64,000 nucleotides of DNA from an uncultured Pseudomonadota bacterium (GCA_963836235.1 CAWIIP010000002.1:608001-672000), one strand, 5' to 3'; numbered from the stretch's first letter, positions 30,602 through 44,093 are shown. Numbers and translations are program-made. The notes: a model not told the origin generated them from the letters alone.

Positions 30602-31240
30602 TTACTTTTTTACGCTCGGGCGAACGGTTACGATGCCGCCATCAGCACCCGGAACCGCTCCCCTTACAAATAACAAATTGTTATCAGCGTCAATTTTTAC
30701 AACCTTTAAGTTTAAAACTGTATTTTGATCGGTTCCCATATGACCCGGCATACGGGTTCCCGGAAAAACACGTGATGGATCCGATGACGCTCCGATACCT
30801 CCAGGAGCTCGATGAAACATGCTTCCGTGAGAATTACGGCCCCCCCTAAATCCATGGCGACGCACCACACCTTGAAAACCTTTGCCTTTTGTAACCCCGG
30901 TGACATCAACCCAACTAACGTCTTTCATGTTTTCAACGGTCAAAGTTTGCCCCACCTGATATAGGCCGGAATCTTCAACACAAAATTCTTTTAATACTTG
31001 TTTTGGTGTTGCACCAGATTTCTTAAAGTGGCCTTGTAAGGCTTTGGTGGTGTGTTTTTCTTTTTTTTCTACGAAACCCAACTGCAAAGCATTGTAACCT
31101 TCTTTTTCTTGGGTCTTTTTTTGAATAACCACGCAAGGACCAATCTCCAGAACCGTAACATGGGTGGCTTTCCCACTTTCCTCAAAAAGAGTGGTTTGGC
31201 CGACCTTTTTTCCAATTAGGGTTTTCACACTCTCGCTCAT
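30602..31240 (-). CDS. rplC: 50S ribosomal protein L3
   Basis: GKK.G, KGKGFQG, SHGS..HRAPG; start moved to ATG 31240. Confidence 0.97.
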   Translation of the reverse strand: MSESVKTLIGKKVGQTTLFEESGKATHVTVLEIGPCVVIQKKTQEKEGYNALQLGFVEKKEKHTTKALQGHFKKSGATPKQVLKEFCVEDSGLYQVGQTLTVENMKDVSWVDVTGVTKGKGFQGVVRRHGFRGGRNSHGSMFHRAPGGIGASSDPSRVFPGTRMPGHMGTDQNTVLNLKVVKIDADNNLLFVRGAVPGADGGIVTVRPSVKK

Positions 31241-31250
31241 TTCCTTACCC

Positions 31251-31568
31251 TTACAATTTGATTTCGACATCCACGCCAGCGGGGAGATCGAGTTTCATCA
31301 ATGCGTCAATAGTTCTTTGATTGGGATTAACAATATCCACCAACCGCTTATGGGTACGGATTTCAAACTGTTCCCTTGATTTTTTGTCCACGTGCGGACT
31401 TCTCAACACCGTGTAACGGTTGATTTCTGTTGGAAGAGGAACAGGCCCCAATACAATCGCACCCGTTCTACGAACAGTTTCAATAATCTCCACTGTCGAA
31501 CGATCAAGCAATCGATGATCGTAGGCTTTTAATTTAATTCGGATTTTTTGACTTGTGGCCGTGGCCAT
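31251..31568 (-). CDS. rpsJ: 30S ribosomal protein S10
   Basis: [23 protein letters not shown]. Confidence 0.98.
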   Translation of the reverse strand: MATATSQKIRIKLKAYDHRLLDRSTVEIIETVRRTGAIVLGPVPLPTEINRYTVLRSPHVDKKSREQFEIRTHKRLVDIVNPNQRTIDALMKLDLPAGVDVEIKL

Positions 31569-31586
31569 TATTTCCTCGCCTTTTCT

Positions 31587-32777
31587 TTATTCAACGATCT
31601 GGGTTACGACACCAGCGCCTACCGTGTGGCCGCCTTCTCGGATCGCGAACCTCAGCTCTTTTTCCATCGCCACCGGCACGATCAACTCGATGTCCATCGT
31701 GATATTGTCCCCCGGCATGCACATCTCCACCCCTTGCGGCAGTTGCACCGATCCCGTCACGTCCGTCGTACGGAAGAAGAATTGCGGCTTGTACCCGTTG
31801 AAAAACGGCGTATGCCTCCCGCCTTCCTCTTTCGTCAACACGTAAACCTCTCCCTTGAACTTCGCGTGCGGCAGGATGCTCTTGGGCTTGGCCAAAACCT
31901 GTCCCCGCTCAATATCCTTCTTCTCCACACCTCTTAAGAGTACGCCGATGTTGTCTCCCGCTTGGGCTTCATCCAGCAATTTGCGGAACATTTCAACACC
32001 CGTCACAACCGTGTCCTTCGTCGGCTTGATCCCGACAATCTCCACCGCTTCCCCAACCTTCACCCGGCCTCTTTCAACACGACCCGTCGCTACCGTTCCA
32101 CGGCCAGTGATCAGGAACACGTCCTCCACCGCCATCAGGAAGTCCTTGTCCACATCTCTCTTTGGCTCGGGAATATAGGCATCTACCGCTTCCATCAATT
32201 TGAAAATCGCTGGTTCCCCAAGCTCACTAGTATCCCCTTCCAAGGCCTTCGTCGCCGAGCCTTTAATCACCGGCGTCTTGTCTCCAGGGAATCCATACTT
32301 GGTCAAGAGTTCACGCACTTCAACTTCCACCAATTCCAACAGTTCTTTATCATCCACCATGTCGCACTTGTTCAGGAAAACAACCATAAATGGTACCCCT
32401 ACCTGGCGGGCCAGCAAAATGTGTTCCCTTGTCTGCGGCATCGGGCCATCGGCGGCCGAGACCACCAGAATCGCACCGTCCATCTGCGCCGCTCCCGTCA
32501 CCATGTTCTTGATATAGTCCGCGTGCCCTGGACAGTCCACGTGGGCGTAATGTCTATTTGCTGTTTGGTACTCCACGTGCGAGGTATTAATGGTAACTCC
32601 ACGCTCCCTTTCTTCCGGGGCGTTATCGATGTCCGCATATCCCTTCGCGGTCGCCCAACCCTTCTTCGCCAAAACTGTCGTGATTGCCGCCGTCAGCGTC
32701 GTCTTTCCATGATCGACGTGCCCGATCGTCCCAATATTCACGTGCGGCTTATTGCGTACGAATTTCTCTTTTGACAT
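31587..32777 (-). CDS. tuf: Elongation factor Tu
   Basis: [21 protein letters not shown]; ATG 32777 is 7 nt after GGAGG. Confidence 0.99.
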   Translation of the reverse strand: MSKEKFVRNKPHVNIGTIGHVDHGKTTLTAAITTVLAKKGWATAKGYADIDNAPEERERGVTINTSHVEYQTANRHYAHVDCPGHADYIKNMVTGAAQMDGAILVVSAADGPMPQTREHILLARQVGVPFMVVFLNKCDMVDDKELLELVEVEVRELLTKYGFPGDKTPVIKGSATKALEGDTSELGEPAIFKLMEAVDAYIPEPKRDVDKDFLMAVEDVFLITGRGTVATGRVERGRVKVGEAVEIVGIKPTKDTVVTGVEMFRKLLDEAQAGDNIGVLLRGVEKKDIERGQVLAKPKSILPHAKFKGEVYVLTKEEGGRHTPFFNGYKPQFFFRTTDVTGSVQLPQGVEMCMPGDNITMDIELIVPVAMEKELRFAIREGGHTVGAGVVTQIVE

Positions 32778-32820
32778 AGACACGCCTCCCCTTACACCCT
32801 GTCCAGGGTGTTGAATTTTA

Positions 32821-34902
32821 TCAGCCTTTTACTTTTGCGATAATTTCCTGCTGAATCGTCCGAGGGGTTTCCTCGTAATGCGCAAACTGCATCGTATAAG
32901 TGGCCCGGCCTTGAGTCATTGACCGTAGATTTGTTGAATAACCAAACATTTCAGAAAGGGGTACTTTGGACCTGATAATTTGGGCCGTTCCGCGCAATTC
33001 CATTCCTTCTATTTTTCCACGTTTGGATTGAAGATCTCCCATTACCGGGCCCATGAAATCATCCGGCGTGACCACCTCAACATCCATTACCGGTTCTAAA
33101 ATAATAGGTTCTGCGCTCCGCATGGCGTCTTTAAAAGCCATAGAAGCGGCAATTTTAAAAGCCATCTCATTAGAATCCACATCGTGGTAAGAACCATCCG
33201 TTAAAGTAACTTTAAAATCGACAACCGGGTACCCAGCTAATACTCCCGAATCCTTAGCCTCCATGATTCCCTTTTCGACCGCCGGGATATATTCTCGTGG
33301 AACCGTTCCACCTTTAACGGCATCCACAAACTCAATACCTTTTCCAGGGGCTTGCGGCTCCATTGTGATATAAACATGTCCATATTGACCACGGCCACCT
33401 GTTTGACGAATATATTTTCCTTCGGCTTCAACAGTCTTTCGAATCGTTTCGCGGTAAGCAACCTGCGGTTTTCCCACATTGGCCTGCACATTAAATTCTC
33501 TCATCATGCGATCGACGATGATTTCCAAATGCAATTCACCCATCCCCGAAATGATGGTTTGACCCGTTTCTTCGTCACCCTTGACCCGAAAAGAAGGATC
33601 CTCTTCAGCTAACTTACTTAAAGCCAAACCCATTTTTTCCTGATCAACCTTTGTTTTTGGTTCAATTGCGACAGAAATAACAGGCTCAGGAAAAACCATT
33701 TTTTCCAGAATAATGGGTTTTTCCTCAAGACACAAAGTATCTCCCGTAGTGATCGTTTTGATTCCAACGGTGGCTGCAATATCACCGGCATGAACTTCTT
33801 TTATTTCTTCCCTTTTATTCGCGTGCATCTGCAAGAGACGTCCGATACGTTCACGGCTCCCCTTAGTAGAGTTGTAAACATAGGAACCAATAGAAAGAGA
33901 TCCAGAATAAACCCGAAAATAAACCAGTTTTCCAACATGGGGATCAGTCATGATTTTAAAAGCCAAAGCCGAAAAGGGCGCATCGTCAGCGGCATCACGA
34001 GTTTCTTCTTCGTTCGTATCGGCGTTATGACCCTTCACCGGTGGAATATCAATTGGTGAAGGCAAATAATTAATAACAGCGTCCAATAAGGGCTGAACCC
34101 CTTTGTTTTTAAAAGCCGATCCACAAAAAACAGGGTTGAATTTATTAGAGATGGTTCCTTTTCGTATGCAACGTTGAAGTTCTTCAGCCGTTATTTCTTT
34201 TCCATCTAAATATTTTTGCATGACAGCATCATCGAACTCAGCTACAGCTTCCACCAACTCCTTATGGTAGGTCTCAGACATTTCCTTCATATCGGCAGGA
34301 ATTTCCTCAATCTCAAACTTAGCTCCCAACGTGTCATCAAGCCAACGATAACGTTTCATCTCAACCAAGTGAATGATACCGTCGAATTTCTCCTCCAACC
34401 CGACCGGCAAGACAACCGGATGTGCGTTAGCTCCGAGACGACTTCGCATTTGAGCAATAGCGGCGAAATAATCGGCACCAACACGGTCCATTTTGTTAAC
34501 AAAGGCAATTCGGGGCACTCCGTAATTAGTGGCTTGGCGCCAAACAGTTTCGGATTGAGGCTCAACCCCTTCAACAGCTCCAAAGACACCGATAGCTCCA
34601 TCCAAAACCCGAAGAGATCGCTCAACTTCAATCGTGAAGTCAACGTGACCAGGTGTGTCAATAATATTAATTCTGTTATTTTTCCAAAAACAAGTGGTTG
34701 CAGCCGAAGTAATAGTGATGCCACGCTCTTGCTCTTGGGGCATCCAATCCATAGTGGCGGCCCCATCATGCACTTCACCGATTTTATGAGTTCGACCCGT
34801 ATAGAAAAGAATACGTTCTGTCAACGTAGTTTTACCCGCGTCAATATGAGCCATAATGCCGATATTTCTAGTCTTCGCTAAAGATATTTGCCGTGTTCCC
34901 AA
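32821..34902 (-). CDS. fusA: Elongation factor G
   Basis: [24 protein letters not shown]. Confidence 0.99.
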   Translation of the reverse strand: MGTRQISLAKTRNIGIMAHIDAGKTTLTERILFYTGRTHKIGEVHDGAATMDWMPQEQERGITITSAATTCFWKNNRINIIDTPGHVDFTIEVERSLRVLDGAIGVFGAVEGVEPQSETVWRQATNYGVPRIAFVNKMDRVGADYFAAIAQMRSRLGANAHPVVLPVGLEEKFDGIIHLVEMKRYRWLDDTLGAKFEIEEIPADMKEMSETYHKELVEAVAEFDDAVMQKYLDGKEITAEELQRCIRKGTISNKFNPVFCGSAFKNKGVQPLLDAVINYLPSPIDIPPVKGHNADTNEEETRDAADDAPFSALAFKIMTDPHVGKLVYFRVYSGSLSIGSYVYNSTKGSRERIGRLLQMHANKREEIKEVHAGDIAATVGIKTITTGDTLCLEEKPIILEKMVFPEPVISVAIEPKTKVDQEKMGLALSKLAEEDPSFRVKGDEETGQTIISGMGELHLEIIVDRMMREFNVQANVGKPQVAYRETIRKTVEAEGKYIRQTGGRGQYGHVYITMEPQAPGKGIEFVDAVKGGTVPREYIPAVEKGIMEAKDSGVLAGYPVVDFKVTLTDGSYHDVDSNEMAFKIAASMAFKDAMRSAEPIILEPVMDVEVVTPDDFMGPVMGDLQSKRGKIEGMELRGTAQIIRSKVPLSEMFGYSTNLRSMTQGRATYTMQFAHYEETPRTIQQEIIAKVKG

Positions 34903-34915
34903 TTTAAACCCTCAA

Positions 34916-35386
34916 TTACCAGCGATAGTGGGCAAAAGCTTGATTGGCTTCCGCCATTTTATGAGTATCTTCTTTTTTCTTAATTGATGTTCCCTGATTT
35001 TTAAAAGCATCCGTTAGTTCGGAAGCCAATTTTTCAGCGATTGTTTTTTCTTTACGGGCTCGGGCCGCGGTCAATATCCAGCGAATAGCTAGTGACGTGC
35101 GTCGTTCGGGGCGAATTTCAACAGGCACTTGATAAGTGGCGCCGCCGACACGACGAGACTTCACTTCCAATGCTGGCTTTACGTTTTCAATTGCGGTTTT
35201 AAAAATATTAAGCGCACCTTCTCCATGTTTTTCGCCCAGAAGGTCTAAGGCATCATAAAAACTACGGGACGCAACCATTTTTTGACCGTCGTACATCATT
35301 GAATTGATGAACTTCGTTACTAACTTATTGTTGTAACGTGAATCTGAAAGAACTTCCCGTTTAGCGGCTACTTTTCGACGAGGCAT
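34916..35386 (-). CDS. rpsG: 30S ribosomal protein S7
   Basis: [26 protein letters not shown]. Confidence 0.98.
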   Translation of the reverse strand: MPRRKVAAKREVLSDSRYNNKLVTKFINSMMYDGQKMVASRSFYDALDLLGEKHGEGALNIFKTAIENVKPALEVKSRRVGGATYQVPVEIRPERRTSLAIRWILTAARARKEKTIAEKLASELTDAFKNQGTSIKKKEDTHKMAEANQAFAHYRW

Positions 35387-35396
35387 TTCTCACTCC

Positions 35397-35792
35397 TTAA
35401 GAAGCTTTTGCGGCGGCTTCTTTTTTAGGCCGTTTCATCCCGTATTTGGAACGTCCTTGTTTACGATCTGCGACACCGGCGGCATCTAACGCACCGCGGA
35501 TAATGTGATAACGCACCCCCGGAAGATCTTTCACACGACCTCCACGTATTAAAACAATCGAGTGTTCCTGTAAGTTGTGTCCAACCCCCGGAATATAACA
35601 AGTCACTTCCATTCCATTCGTCAAACGCACACGGGCAATTTTTCGCAATGCAGAGTTTGGTTTTTTAGGTGTCATTGTCGCAACTTTCACACATACGCCA
35701 CGTTTTTGCGGGCAAGCCTTTAAGGCCGGCGACTTTGTTTTGTGTTTGCTTTTTTCCCGGCCTCTACGGACCAATTGATTAAGCGTCGGCAA
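35397..35792 (-). CDS. rpsL: 30S ribosomal protein S12
   Basis: [17 protein letters not shown]; TTG 35792 after SD GGAGG. Confidence 0.98.
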   Translation of the reverse strand: MPTLNQLVRRGREKSKHKTKSPALKACPQKRGVCVKVATMTPKKPNSALRKIARVRLTNGMEVTCYIPGVGHNLQEHSIVLIRGGRVKDLPGVRYHIIRGALDAAGVADRKQGRSKYGMKRPKKEAAAKAS

Positions 35793-36010
35793 ATTTTCCT
35801 CCATCCCAAAAATAAAAAAAGCAAAGACAGTGAGCTCCGCCTTTGCCAAATGAATATTCCATATCAAACCCCGGGCTCTTTTTTAAAAGAGACCCAAGGG
35901 GGAATCTTCAAGCAAATCCCTCCCCTAGCTCACCATTTTTGAGGGACAAACCTCAAAAAAGGAGGATTTCTCAACCGCCTCACCTAACCCCGGCTCAAAC
36001 GCGGACGGGT

Positions 36011-36039
36011 AGGCTATCAAAAGGTTCAAGCCTGGTCAA
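36011..36039 (-). promoter_or_regulatory. Putative str operon promoter overlapping the rpoC stop
   Basis: TTGACC, 17 nt spacer, TAGCCT with an extended -10 TG. Confidence 0.55.
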
Positions 36040-39000
36040 GGCTTTTTTTTCCAGAATTACCTTCTTCTATCTTCAAATCCGGGTCATCTAATTCGGTCGA
36101 AGGCTGGGCGGCAATACCAATTGGCAACTCTTCTTCGGGCTCGTCAACTTTGATCTTAACTCCTCGATAAAAGGGACTTCCTGTACCCGCTGGAATAAGA
36201 TGCCCCATGATCACATTTTCTTTAAGGCCCCTCAGTTCATCAATTTTTCCCGAAACAGCAGCCTCGGTCAAAACTTTAGTAGTCTCCTGGAAACTGGCCG
36301 CCGAAATAAAGCTTTCCGTCCCCAAAGAAGCCTTAGTTATTCCCAAAAGAATCGGCCGGGCACTGGCGGTTTTGCCGTCCTTCTCAGATACCCGCTCGTT
36401 TTCCTTTTTGAATTTCCCCTTATCAACTTGCTGTTTTGGTAAAAACTCTGTATCGCCCGGTTCTTGAACAACTACTTTTCTCATCATTTGGCGGATGATG
36501 ACCTCAATATGCTTGTCGTTAATCTTCACGCCTTGAAGTCTGTAAACCTCTTGAACCTTGCTCAAGAGATATTCTTGAACAGCCGCATCCCCCTGTACCT
36601 CAAGGATATCATGCGGATCAACAGGCCCATCGGTTAAAGCATCGCCCGGTCGAACAAAATCTCCTTCGTGAATATTCAAGTGTTTTCCATAAGGAATTGC
36701 ATATTCTTCTTCAATTGCTTTTTTACCTTCGGTATTTGTTACAATTAACTTTTGATACCCTTTGGAGGCAATACCAAAACCAACTGTACCACTGATTTTT
36801 GCAATAACCGCATTCCCCTTCGGACGCCGAGCCTCAAAAAGCTCCGCAACACGGGGTAAACCACCCGTGATATCACGAGTTTTAGAAATTTCTCTAGGGA
36901 TTTTCGAGAGAATATCGCCCGCCATAATTTTATCGCCATCCATTACGTTAATAAGAGATCCTGTTGGCAACCGATAGCTTTTAATAGCTTCACCCGTTTC
37001 AGGATTCATAATCACACAACGGGGGGATAAATTTTCATCTTTATACTCAATAACCGCGCGTTCCTTCAACCCTGTTGAAGAGTCAATTTCCTCTCGAACT
37101 GTAACACCACGAATCACATCTTGAAGTTTCACTAAACCCGAAACCTCAGTGAAAATTGGAACTTTATACAAGTCCCAATGAGCCAACAATTGACCTTCTT
37201 TCACAACTGCTTCTTCTCGAATTTTTAAAGTAGAACCAAAAGGAACCACATAATTTTCCATGGCCCTTCCCTTTTCATCATAAACCGAAATTTCACCATT
37301 TCGATTTAAGACAATTAGCTCCTTATTACGATTTTCAACAAGTTTCAAGTTATGAAAACGAACTATTCCATTTTTGTTTGATTCTATCTTCGATTGCTCC
37401 AACGCACGGCTAGCCGCTCCTCCAACGTGAAATGTACGAAGTGTCAACTGGGTCCCAGGCTCACCAATTGACTGGGCGGCAATAATGCCAACAGCTTCTC
37501 CGATCTGGACCATCTTACCGTTGGACATGTTCACACCGTAACATTTGGCGCAAACACCTCTTTCCAATTCACAAGTCAGAACAGAACGAACTCGAATTTG
37601 TTCAATTCCAGCCTCTTCGAGTTTTTCAGCAACATCTTCCGTGATAATCTGTCCACTTTTAACAATGACTTCAGAAGTCAACAAATTGGCCACGTTATCA
37701 ACCGCAACTCGGTTAGCAATACGATCTTTTAACGGCTCGATAATCTCAATCCCTTCCTTGATGGCTCCCACACGAATACCGTTGACGGTCCCACAATCCT
37801 CCGCATTAATGATGACCTCTTGGGAAACGTCCACCAAACGTCTCGTGAGGTAACCCGCATCCGCCGTTTTCAAAGCCGTATCCGCAAGACCCTTACGGGC
37901 ACCGTGAGTTGAGATGAAATACTCCAATACCGTAAGTCCCTCTCGGAAGTTAGCGGTAATAGGTGATTCAATAATTTCACCAATGGAACCCGTAATTTTT
38001 TGAAGAGGCTTGGCCATCAGTCCCCGCATGCCCGCCAATTGGCGAATTTGCATCTTGGAGCCCCTAGCTCCAGAATCCGCCATCATATAAATAGGATTAA
38101 ATCCATGTTCGTCTTGTTTTAGGTTCTCAAACATAACTTCAGCGATTTCATCGGTTGTATGCGTCCAGATATCGATGACTTTGTTATAACGCTCACCGGC
38201 AGTAATGATGCCCTTCTTATACTGGTTTTCAATTTCAGCCACTTCTTTGTATGACCGTTTCAAAATGTCAGTCTTATCTTTTGGTATGAGCATGTCATCA
38301 ATCGATACCGTAATTCCCGCCTGGGTGGCATATTTGAAGCCCAGTTCCTTAATATCGTCCAAAAGTTTGACTGTGATATCCTGACCCAATTTTTCGTAGC
38401 AAAGGGCCACTAGGTCCCCCAACTCTTTCTTGGTCATGACCCGATTCACATACGGCAAACCCGAAGGAATAATTTGGTTAAATATAACTCGCCCCACGGT
38501 GGTTTCGATAAGCTTACCGTTCCGACGAACTTTAATACGAGCATGTTTACCAACCTGCTTGGACTCGAGCGCTATAACAACTTCCAGAGCGCTTGAGAAA
38601 ACTTTTCCCTCGCCTTTATCACCCGGCATTTCCTTGGTGATGTAATAAGAACCTAAAACGATGTCTTGAGTGGGTGTTACAATAGGTCGCCCATTGGACG
38701 TGGAATTTATATTATTGGTCGACAGCATTAGGAATCGCGATTCCATTTGCGCTTCACTGGAAAGAGGCACGTGAACCGCCATCTGATCGCCGTCAAAATC
38801 GGCGTTAAACGCCGTACAAACCAGTGGGTGAATTTGAATAGCACGTCCTTCAATGAGCACCGGTTGAAAAGCTTGAATTCCCTGACGATGCAAAGTTGGA
38901 GCACGGTTCAACAAAACATGGTGGTCACGGATGACTTCGGCCAAAATATCCCACACTTCGGGCTTAACTCGCTCAACCATTTTCCGCGCACTCTTAATAG

Positions 39001-40258
39001 TATGAACATAACCACGATCTTCTAATTTTTTAATGATGAAGGGCTTGAATAACTCCAAGGCCATTTTTTTAGGCAAGCCACATTGGTTCATCTTTAGCTC
39101 AGGACCCACCACAATAACGGAACGCCCCGAATAATCGACCCGTTTTCCCAAAAGATTTTGACGGAAACGACCTTGCTTGCCCTTCAACATATCAGAAAGG
39201 GACTTTAACGGACGATTACCCGGACCACGGACAGCATGACCACGACGTCCATTATCCAAAAGCGCATCCACCGCTTCTTGCAACATGCGCTTTTCGTTTC
39301 GAACAATGACTTCAGGCGCATGAAGTTCCAAGAGTTTTTTCAAACGGTTATTTCGATTGATGACTCGACGATACAGATCATTCAAATCAGAAGTCGCAAA
39401 ACGCCCTCCATCCAATGGCACTAGCGGACGAAGTTCAGGCGGAATCACCGGCAATACTTCCAAAAACATCCATTCAGGCTTGTTGTCACTCTTGCGGAAG
39501 CTTTCAATAACTTTCAACCGTTTAATAATAGTCTTTCGTTTTTGCTCACTGTTGGTTTGCTTCATTTGTACGCGAAGCTTCTTATCCAAGTCCTCTAAGT
39601 CGACCATTCGAATCAAATCGCGAATAGCTTCTGCACCCATTTTGGTTTTTAAAGAAGCTCCGTACTCTAGACGAAGCTTTTGGTATTCATCCTCGGAAAG
39701 AAGCTGGCCAACTTCTACTGGCGCTTTCCCAGGATCCAAAGTGACATAAGACTCGTAATAAATAACCCTTTCCAGATTACGCGTGGACATCTCTAACAAA
39801 TAACCCATGCGGGAAGGAACGCCTTTTAAATACCAAATGTGGGAAACCAAGCACGCCAATTCAATATGGCCCATACGTTCGCGACGAACCTTTGCCTGAG
39901 TTACTTCCACCCCACATCGGTCACAGATGACATCTTTATACTTAATCCGTTTATATTTACCGCAGGCACATTCCCAATCTCTCGTTGGCCCAAAAATCTT
40001 CTCACAAAATAACCCATTTTTTTCGGGCTTGAAGGTACGGTAATTAATCGTTTCGGGTTTCTTGACTTCTCCATGAGACCAAGACCGAATTGTTTCAGGG
40101 GAAGAAAGTCCAATTTTAATGGCATCAAATCGCGGGGTTTCTTTAAGCAAGTTTTCAAGATTAGCTTTCTTTTCAACTAAAACTGGCGGCACTTCCGGTG
40201 CAGCCGGCTTTACAACTTCACTTTCACTCTCAGGGGTAGTTGATTTGACTTGGCTCAT
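36026..40258 (-). CDS. rpoC: RNA polymerase beta' subunit
   Basis: [12 protein letters not shown], Zn-ribbon cysteines, QLTLRTFH. Confidence 0.99.
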   Translation of the reverse strand: MSQVKSTTPESESEVVKPAAPEVPPVLVEKKANLENLLKETPRFDAIKIGLSSPETIRSWSHGEVKKPETINYRTFKPEKNGLFCEKIFGPTRDWECACGKYKRIKYKDVICDRCGVEVTQAKVRRERMGHIELACLVSHIWYLKGVPSRMGYLLEMSTRNLERVIYYESYVTLDPGKAPVEVGQLLSEDEYQKLRLEYGASLKTKMGAEAIRDLIRMVDLEDLDKKLRVQMKQTNSEQKRKTIIKRLKVIESFRKSDNKPEWMFLEVLPVIPPELRPLVPLDGGRFATSDLNDLYRRVINRNNRLKKLLELHAPEVIVRNEKRMLQEAVDALLDNGRRGHAVRGPGNRPLKSLSDMLKGKQGRFRQNLLGKRVDYSGRSVIVVGPELKMNQCGLPKKMALELFKPFIIKKLEDRGYVHTIKSARKMVERVKPEVWDILAEVIRDHHVLLNRAPTLHRQGIQAFQPVLIEGRAIQIHPLVCTAFNADFDGDQMAVHVPLSSEAQMESRFLMLSTNNINSTSNGRPIVTPTQDIVLGSYYITKEMPGDKGEGKVFSSALEVVIALESKQVGKHARIKVRRNGKLIETTVGRVIFNQIIPSGLPYVNRVMTKKELGDLVALCYEKLGQDITVKLLDDIKELGFKYATQAGITVSIDDMLIPKDKTDILKRSYKEVAEIENQYKKGIITAGERYNKVIDIWTHTTDEIAEVMFENLKQDEHGFNPIYMMADSGARGSKMQIRQLAGMRGLMAKPLQKITGSIGEIIESPITANFREGLTVLEYFISTHGARKGLADTALKTADAGYLTRRLVDVSQEVIINAEDCGTVNGIRVGAIKEGIEIIEPLKDRIANRVAVDNVANLLTSEVIVKSGQIITEDVAEKLEEAGIEQIRVRSVLTCELERGVCAKCYGVNMSNGKMVQIGEAVGIIAAQSIGEPGTQLTLRTFHVGGAASRALEQSKIESNKNGIVRFHNLKLVENRNKELIVLNRNGEISVYDEKGRAMENYVVPFGSTLKIREEAVVKEGQLLAHWDLYKVPIFTEVSGLVKLQDVIRGVTVREEIDSSTGLKERAVIEYKDENLSPRCVIMNPETGEAIKSYRLPTGSLINVMDGDKIMAGDILSKIPREISKTRDITGGLPRVAELFEARRPKGNAVIAKISGTVGFGIASKGYQKLIVTNTEGKKAIEEEYAIPYGKHLNIHEGDFVRPGDALTDGPVDPHDILEVQGDAAVQEYLLSKVQEVYRLQGVKINDKHIEVIIRQMMRKVVVQEPGDTEFLPKQQVDKGKFKKENERVSEKDGKTASARPILLGITKASLGTESFISAASFQETTKVLTEAAVSGKIDELRGLKENVIMGHLIPAGTGSPFYRGVKIKVDEPEEELPIGIAAQPSTELDDPDLKIEEGNSGKKSLDQA

Positions 40259-40270
40259 TTTTCCCCCTCC

Positions 40271-43200
40271 TTAATTGGAATTCTTGATCAATTTGACATC
40301 CAAACACAAGCCTTGCAATTCTTTCACTAATACGTTGAATGACTCCGGAATACCGGGTTCCGGAGCGTTTTTACCCTTCACGATGGCTTCGTAAACCTTA
40401 GTTCGACCCTGGACATCATCTGATTTCACCGTCAAAAGCTCCTGAAGGGTATAAGCCGCGCCATAGGCTTCCAACGCCCAAACTTCCATTTCTCCAAAAC
40501 GCTGGCCACCAAATTGCGCCTTGCCACCTAATGGTTGTTGCGTGATAAGGGAATAAGGCCCAATAGAACGAGCGTGAATCTTGTCATCAACCAAGTGGGC
40601 TAATTTCAAAATATAAATATAGCCAACCGTTACCTCTTGATCGAAAGATTCGCCGGTCATCCCATCGTACAAAGTGATTTTTCCGGAGTCGGGCAGGTTT
40701 TGTTCTTTTAGCGCCTTTTTAATCTCTTCTTCTTTAGCGCCGTCAAAAACAGGAGACGCAACATGATACCCACCCTCGCTCGCGGCCCACCCTAAGTGGG
40801 TTTCCAAAATTTGCCCAACATTCATACGAGAAGGGACACCCAGGGGGTTCAAAATGATATCTACTGGCCTACCATTAGGAAGATAAGGCATGTCTTCAAC
40901 CGGAACAATTTTAGAGACAACCCCTTTATTACCGTGACGACCCGCCATTTTATCCCCTACTGATAACTTGCGTTTTTTGGCAACATAAACTTTCACAAGC
41001 TTTATAACTCCCGGCGGAAGCTCGTCGCCCTTTTTCACCTTCTCTACTTCATTGTTCTTCTCCCGTTCAATTTCCCTGACGCGATTCAAAAGAACCTCGT
41101 TCAAGCGCTTTATTTCTTCTTCGGTTTGTTCTTCTAAGGTGTTCTTTTCGCTTTTATTCAGGTCTTTCGATTTTTCCTCTGTTTGCTTTTTCAAGACTTC
41201 AATACGATTCTCATTTTCTTTTTCAAGTTGTTTGATTTTGTGAGCCGAATCTTTCTCTATGGCTTTAACCATAGAAGCATCACGGCCTTTAATCTTTTCA
41301 TCCTTTTCCTTACGCTTAAAGACCTTGACGTCAATGACCTTACCTTCCACGCCCGGCGGAACTCGCAGGGAAGCGTCCCTAACATCCCCAGCCTTCTCAC
41401 CAAAAATAGCGCGCAAAAGTTTTTCTTCGGGCGTCAACTCAGTTTCGCCTTTCGGAGTGACTTTCCCAACCAAGATATCACCAGGAACTATTTCAGCTCC
41501 AATTCGAACAATACCTTCTTCATCAAGATCTTTTAAAGCTTCGTCGCCAACATTAGGAATATCCCGCGTAATTTCTTCTTTGCCCAGTTTGGTGTCACGC
41601 GCCTCAAGTTCAAACTCCTCAATGTGAACCGAAGTAAAATAGTCTTCACGAACTAATTTTTCAGAAACAATAATAGCATCCTCGAAATTAAATCCCCTCC
41701 AAGGCATAAAAGCCACGAGAAGATTCCTGCCTAAAGCCAATTCTCCCTGGTCAGTGGAAGGTCCGTCGGCAATTACATCGCCTTTTTTCACTTTCTCACC
41801 TTTTTTGACAATCGGCCTTTGATTAATACAAGTATCCTGATTAGAACGTTTGTACTTGGTCAGTTTATAAATATCAACCGAACCAGTTTCATCAACCTCA
41901 TCAGCAAAAACGATAATTTCATCTGAAGAAACGCCAGCCACAACTCCATCGCGCTTGGCTATAACCAAAACACCCGAGTCATAAGCCGCTTTATATTCCA
42001 TTCCAGTTCCTACAAAAGGGGCCTCCGTACGTATCAATGGGACGGCCTGCCGTTGCATGTTAGAACCCATTAAGGCGCGATTTGCATCGTCATGTTCCAA
42101 AAAGGGAATGAGGGACGTTGCCACCGAAAACAATTGACGAGGCGAAACGTCCATGTAATGAACATCACTAGGACCCGCCAAAGGGAAATCATCTTTATAT
42201 CGCGCCGCAATAATGTCATTAGAGAATTTGTTACTATCATCCAAAGGTGTATTTGCTTGGGCGATCACATACTTATCTGCATCATCCGCGGGCAAAAATT
42301 CAATTTTCTTAGAGACTCTTCCACCTTCGACTTTCCTTAAGGGTGTCGTCACAAAACCATACTCATTAATTTGGGCATACGTCGAAAGGGACGCAATCAA
42401 GCCAATATTAGGACCTTCCGGTGTCTCAATTGGGCAAACCCTACCATAATGCGTATGGTGAACGTCGCGCACTTCGAATCCAGCGCGTTCCCGGTTCAAT
42501 CCACCCGGACCCAATGCCGACAAACGTCTCTTGTGGGTCAATTCAGCTAAAGGGTTAGTCTGATCCATGAATTGGGATAATTGGGAAGTCCCAAAAAACT
42601 CCTTCACAGCTGCCGTGATTGGCTTGGTTGAGATCAGTTGACTGGGCATTGGATTCATGTCCATATCAACGATCGACATGCGTTCCCGCACAGCCCGCTC
42701 CATTCGGGTAAAGCCCAAACGCAATTTGTTTTCAAGCAATTCCCCAGCTGTACGAACACGACGGTTGCCCAAGTGGTCAATGTCATCCTTTTCACCCTTA
42801 CCATTACAAAGATCAAAAAGATAACGAATAATCAGCACCAAGTCTTCCTTGGAAACCGTACGTTGATCCAACGAAGTCTTTAGTCCCAATTTTTTATTCA
42901 TCTTATAGCGGCCAACACGAGCCAAATCATAACGCTTCTTGTTAAAAAATAAATTTTCCATCAGACTCTTGGCATTCTCCAAGGTCGGAGGATCACCCGG
43001 ACGCATCTTTTTGTAAATTTCGACAAGAGCCGTTTCTTGAGAATGAGTATTATCTTTGCGAAGCGTACTCAAAATAGAAACATCATTTGGATTGGAGGGA
43101 ACCGCCTTGACCTGCTTGACGCCAAGTTTCTTCAAAGCCATTACCACTTCCGCAGTAAAATCGGCGCCGGCCTCCACCAACACTTCACCCGTTTCGGGAT

Positions 43201-43960
43201 GAGCCACATCTTGTGCGGCTGCTTTCCCCTGAAGTTTCTTTTCGGAAACTTCTAAGTTTTCAACATCAAAAAAAATCTTCAAAATATCTTCGTCCGTGGA
43301 AAAACCCCAACCACGGAGAAGAGTGCTGGCTACAAATTTCCGTTTGCGGTCAATACGGGCGTAAAGAATTCCGTTCACGTCGAATTCAAATTCTAACCAC
43401 GAACCATGGTAAGGAATGACACTTGTCATATACATTTTTTTACCAGAAGAAGACAACTTGCCATCATCTTCGTCAAAAGTCACCCCGGGAGAACGGTGAA
43501 GTTGAGAAACAATGACACGTTCAGCACCATTAATCATAAATGTTCCGCGGTCGGTCATCATGGGAAGATCGCAAAAGAAAACCTCTTGCTCGCGGATATC
43601 CTTCACCTTTTTAGTCCCGGTTTCAGGATCTTCTTCACGAATAACGAGGCGCAAGGTAACTTTCATCGGAACGGAATAAGTCATGCCGCGTTCTTGACAT
43701 TCCCGCACATTGTATTTGGGATCTAAAAGAGCATAAGAAACAAACTCCAAGGAGGAAACTTCATTGAAATCCCAAATGGGAAAAACACTTGTAAAAACCG
43801 ACTGAAGACCCTGATCGATGCGCTGTTCGGTTGTCGCACCCTTTTGTAAAAAGACCTCGTAAGATTTTCTTTGAAATTCAATTAGATCGGGCATATCCAT
43901 GATGGATGAGATGCGGCTAAAATCAATACGTTCACGGCGACCAAATTTCATTTTTTTCAC
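40271..43960 (-). CDS. rpoB: RNA polymerase beta subunit
   Basis: [35 protein letters not shown]. Confidence 0.99.
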   Translation of the reverse strand: MKKMKFGRRERIDFSRISSIMDMPDLIEFQRKSYEVFLQKGATTEQRIDQGLQSVFTSVFPIWDFNEVSSLEFVSYALLDPKYNVRECQERGMTYSVPMKVTLRLVIREEDPETGTKKVKDIREQEVFFCDLPMMTDRGTFMINGAERVIVSQLHRSPGVTFDEDDGKLSSSGKKMYMTSVIPYHGSWLEFEFDVNGILYARIDRKRKFVASTLLRGWGFSTDEDILKIFFDVENLEVSEKKLQGKAAAQDVAHPETGEVLVEAGADFTAEVVMALKKLGVKQVKAVPSNPNDVSILSTLRKDNTHSQETALVEIYKKMRPGDPPTLENAKSLMENLFFNKKRYDLARVGRYKMNKKLGLKTSLDQRTVSKEDLVLIIRYLFDLCNGKGEKDDIDHLGNRRVRTAGELLENKLRLGFTRMERAVRERMSIVDMDMNPMPSQLISTKPITAAVKEFFGTSQLSQFMDQTNPLAELTHKRRLSALGPGGLNRERAGFEVRDVHHTHYGRVCPIETPEGPNIGLIASLSTYAQINEYGFVTTPLRKVEGGRVSKKIEFLPADDADKYVIAQANTPLDDSNKFSNDIIAARYKDDFPLAGPSDVHYMDVSPRQLFSVATSLIPFLEHDDANRALMGSNMQRQAVPLIRTEAPFVGTGMEYKAAYDSGVLVIAKRDGVVAGVSSDEIIVFADEVDETGSVDIYKLTKYKRSNQDTCINQRPIVKKGEKVKKGDVIADGPSTDQGELALGRNLLVAFMPWRGFNFEDAIIVSEKLVREDYFTSVHIEEFELEARDTKLGKEEITRDIPNVGDEALKDLDEEGIVRIGAEIVPGDILVGKVTPKGETELTPEEKLLRAIFGEKAGDVRDASLRVPPGVEGKVIDVKVFKRKEKDEKIKGRDASMVKAIEKDSAHKIKQLEKENENRIEVLKKQTEEKSKDLNKSEKNTLEEQTEEEIKRLNEVLLNRVREIEREKNNEVEKVKKGDELPPGVIKLVKVYVAKKRKLSVGDKMAGRHGNKGVVSKIVPVEDMPYLPNGRPVDIILNPLGVPSRMNVGQILETHLGWAASEGGYHVASPVFDGAKEEEIKKALKEQNLPDSGKITLYDGMTGESFDQEVTVGYIYILKLAHLVDDKIHARSIGPYSLITQQPLGGKAQFGGQRFGEMEVWALEAYGAAYTLQELLTVKSDDVQGRTKVYEAIVKGKNAPEPGIPESFNVLVKELQGLCLDVKLIKNSN

Positions 43961-44059
43961 TGAAAATCCTCCGGAAGAAAACAGGAATAAGCCTTTTATT
44001 ACATCCTAGAAAACAAAAAACGAGAAAAGAGCTTTTCTCGTTTTGGCCAAAGAGGGGTG

Positions 44060-44089
44060 ATTATACAGATTGCTTTGAAATGATGTCAA
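44060..44089 (-). promoter_or_regulatory. Sigma70-type promoter upstream of rpoB
   Basis: TTGACA (44089-84), 18 nt spacer, TATAAT (44065-60). Confidence 0.75.
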
Positions 44090-44093
44090 CAAT

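Noticed and set aside
32794-32811. ACACCCTG/CAGGGTGT hairpin between fusA and tuf as a terminator
   Set aside because: No U tract; more likely a processing or stability element
35793-35867. N-terminal extensions in the ORF track for rpsL (also rpsK, rplE, rplC, folD)
   Set aside because: Downstream starts have proper SDs and match homolog N-termini
36026-43960. Inteins or rifampicin-resistance changes in rpoB/rpoC
   Set aside because: Lengths fit normal lineage insertions, no intein termini were seen, and the Rif cluster I sequence looks wild type
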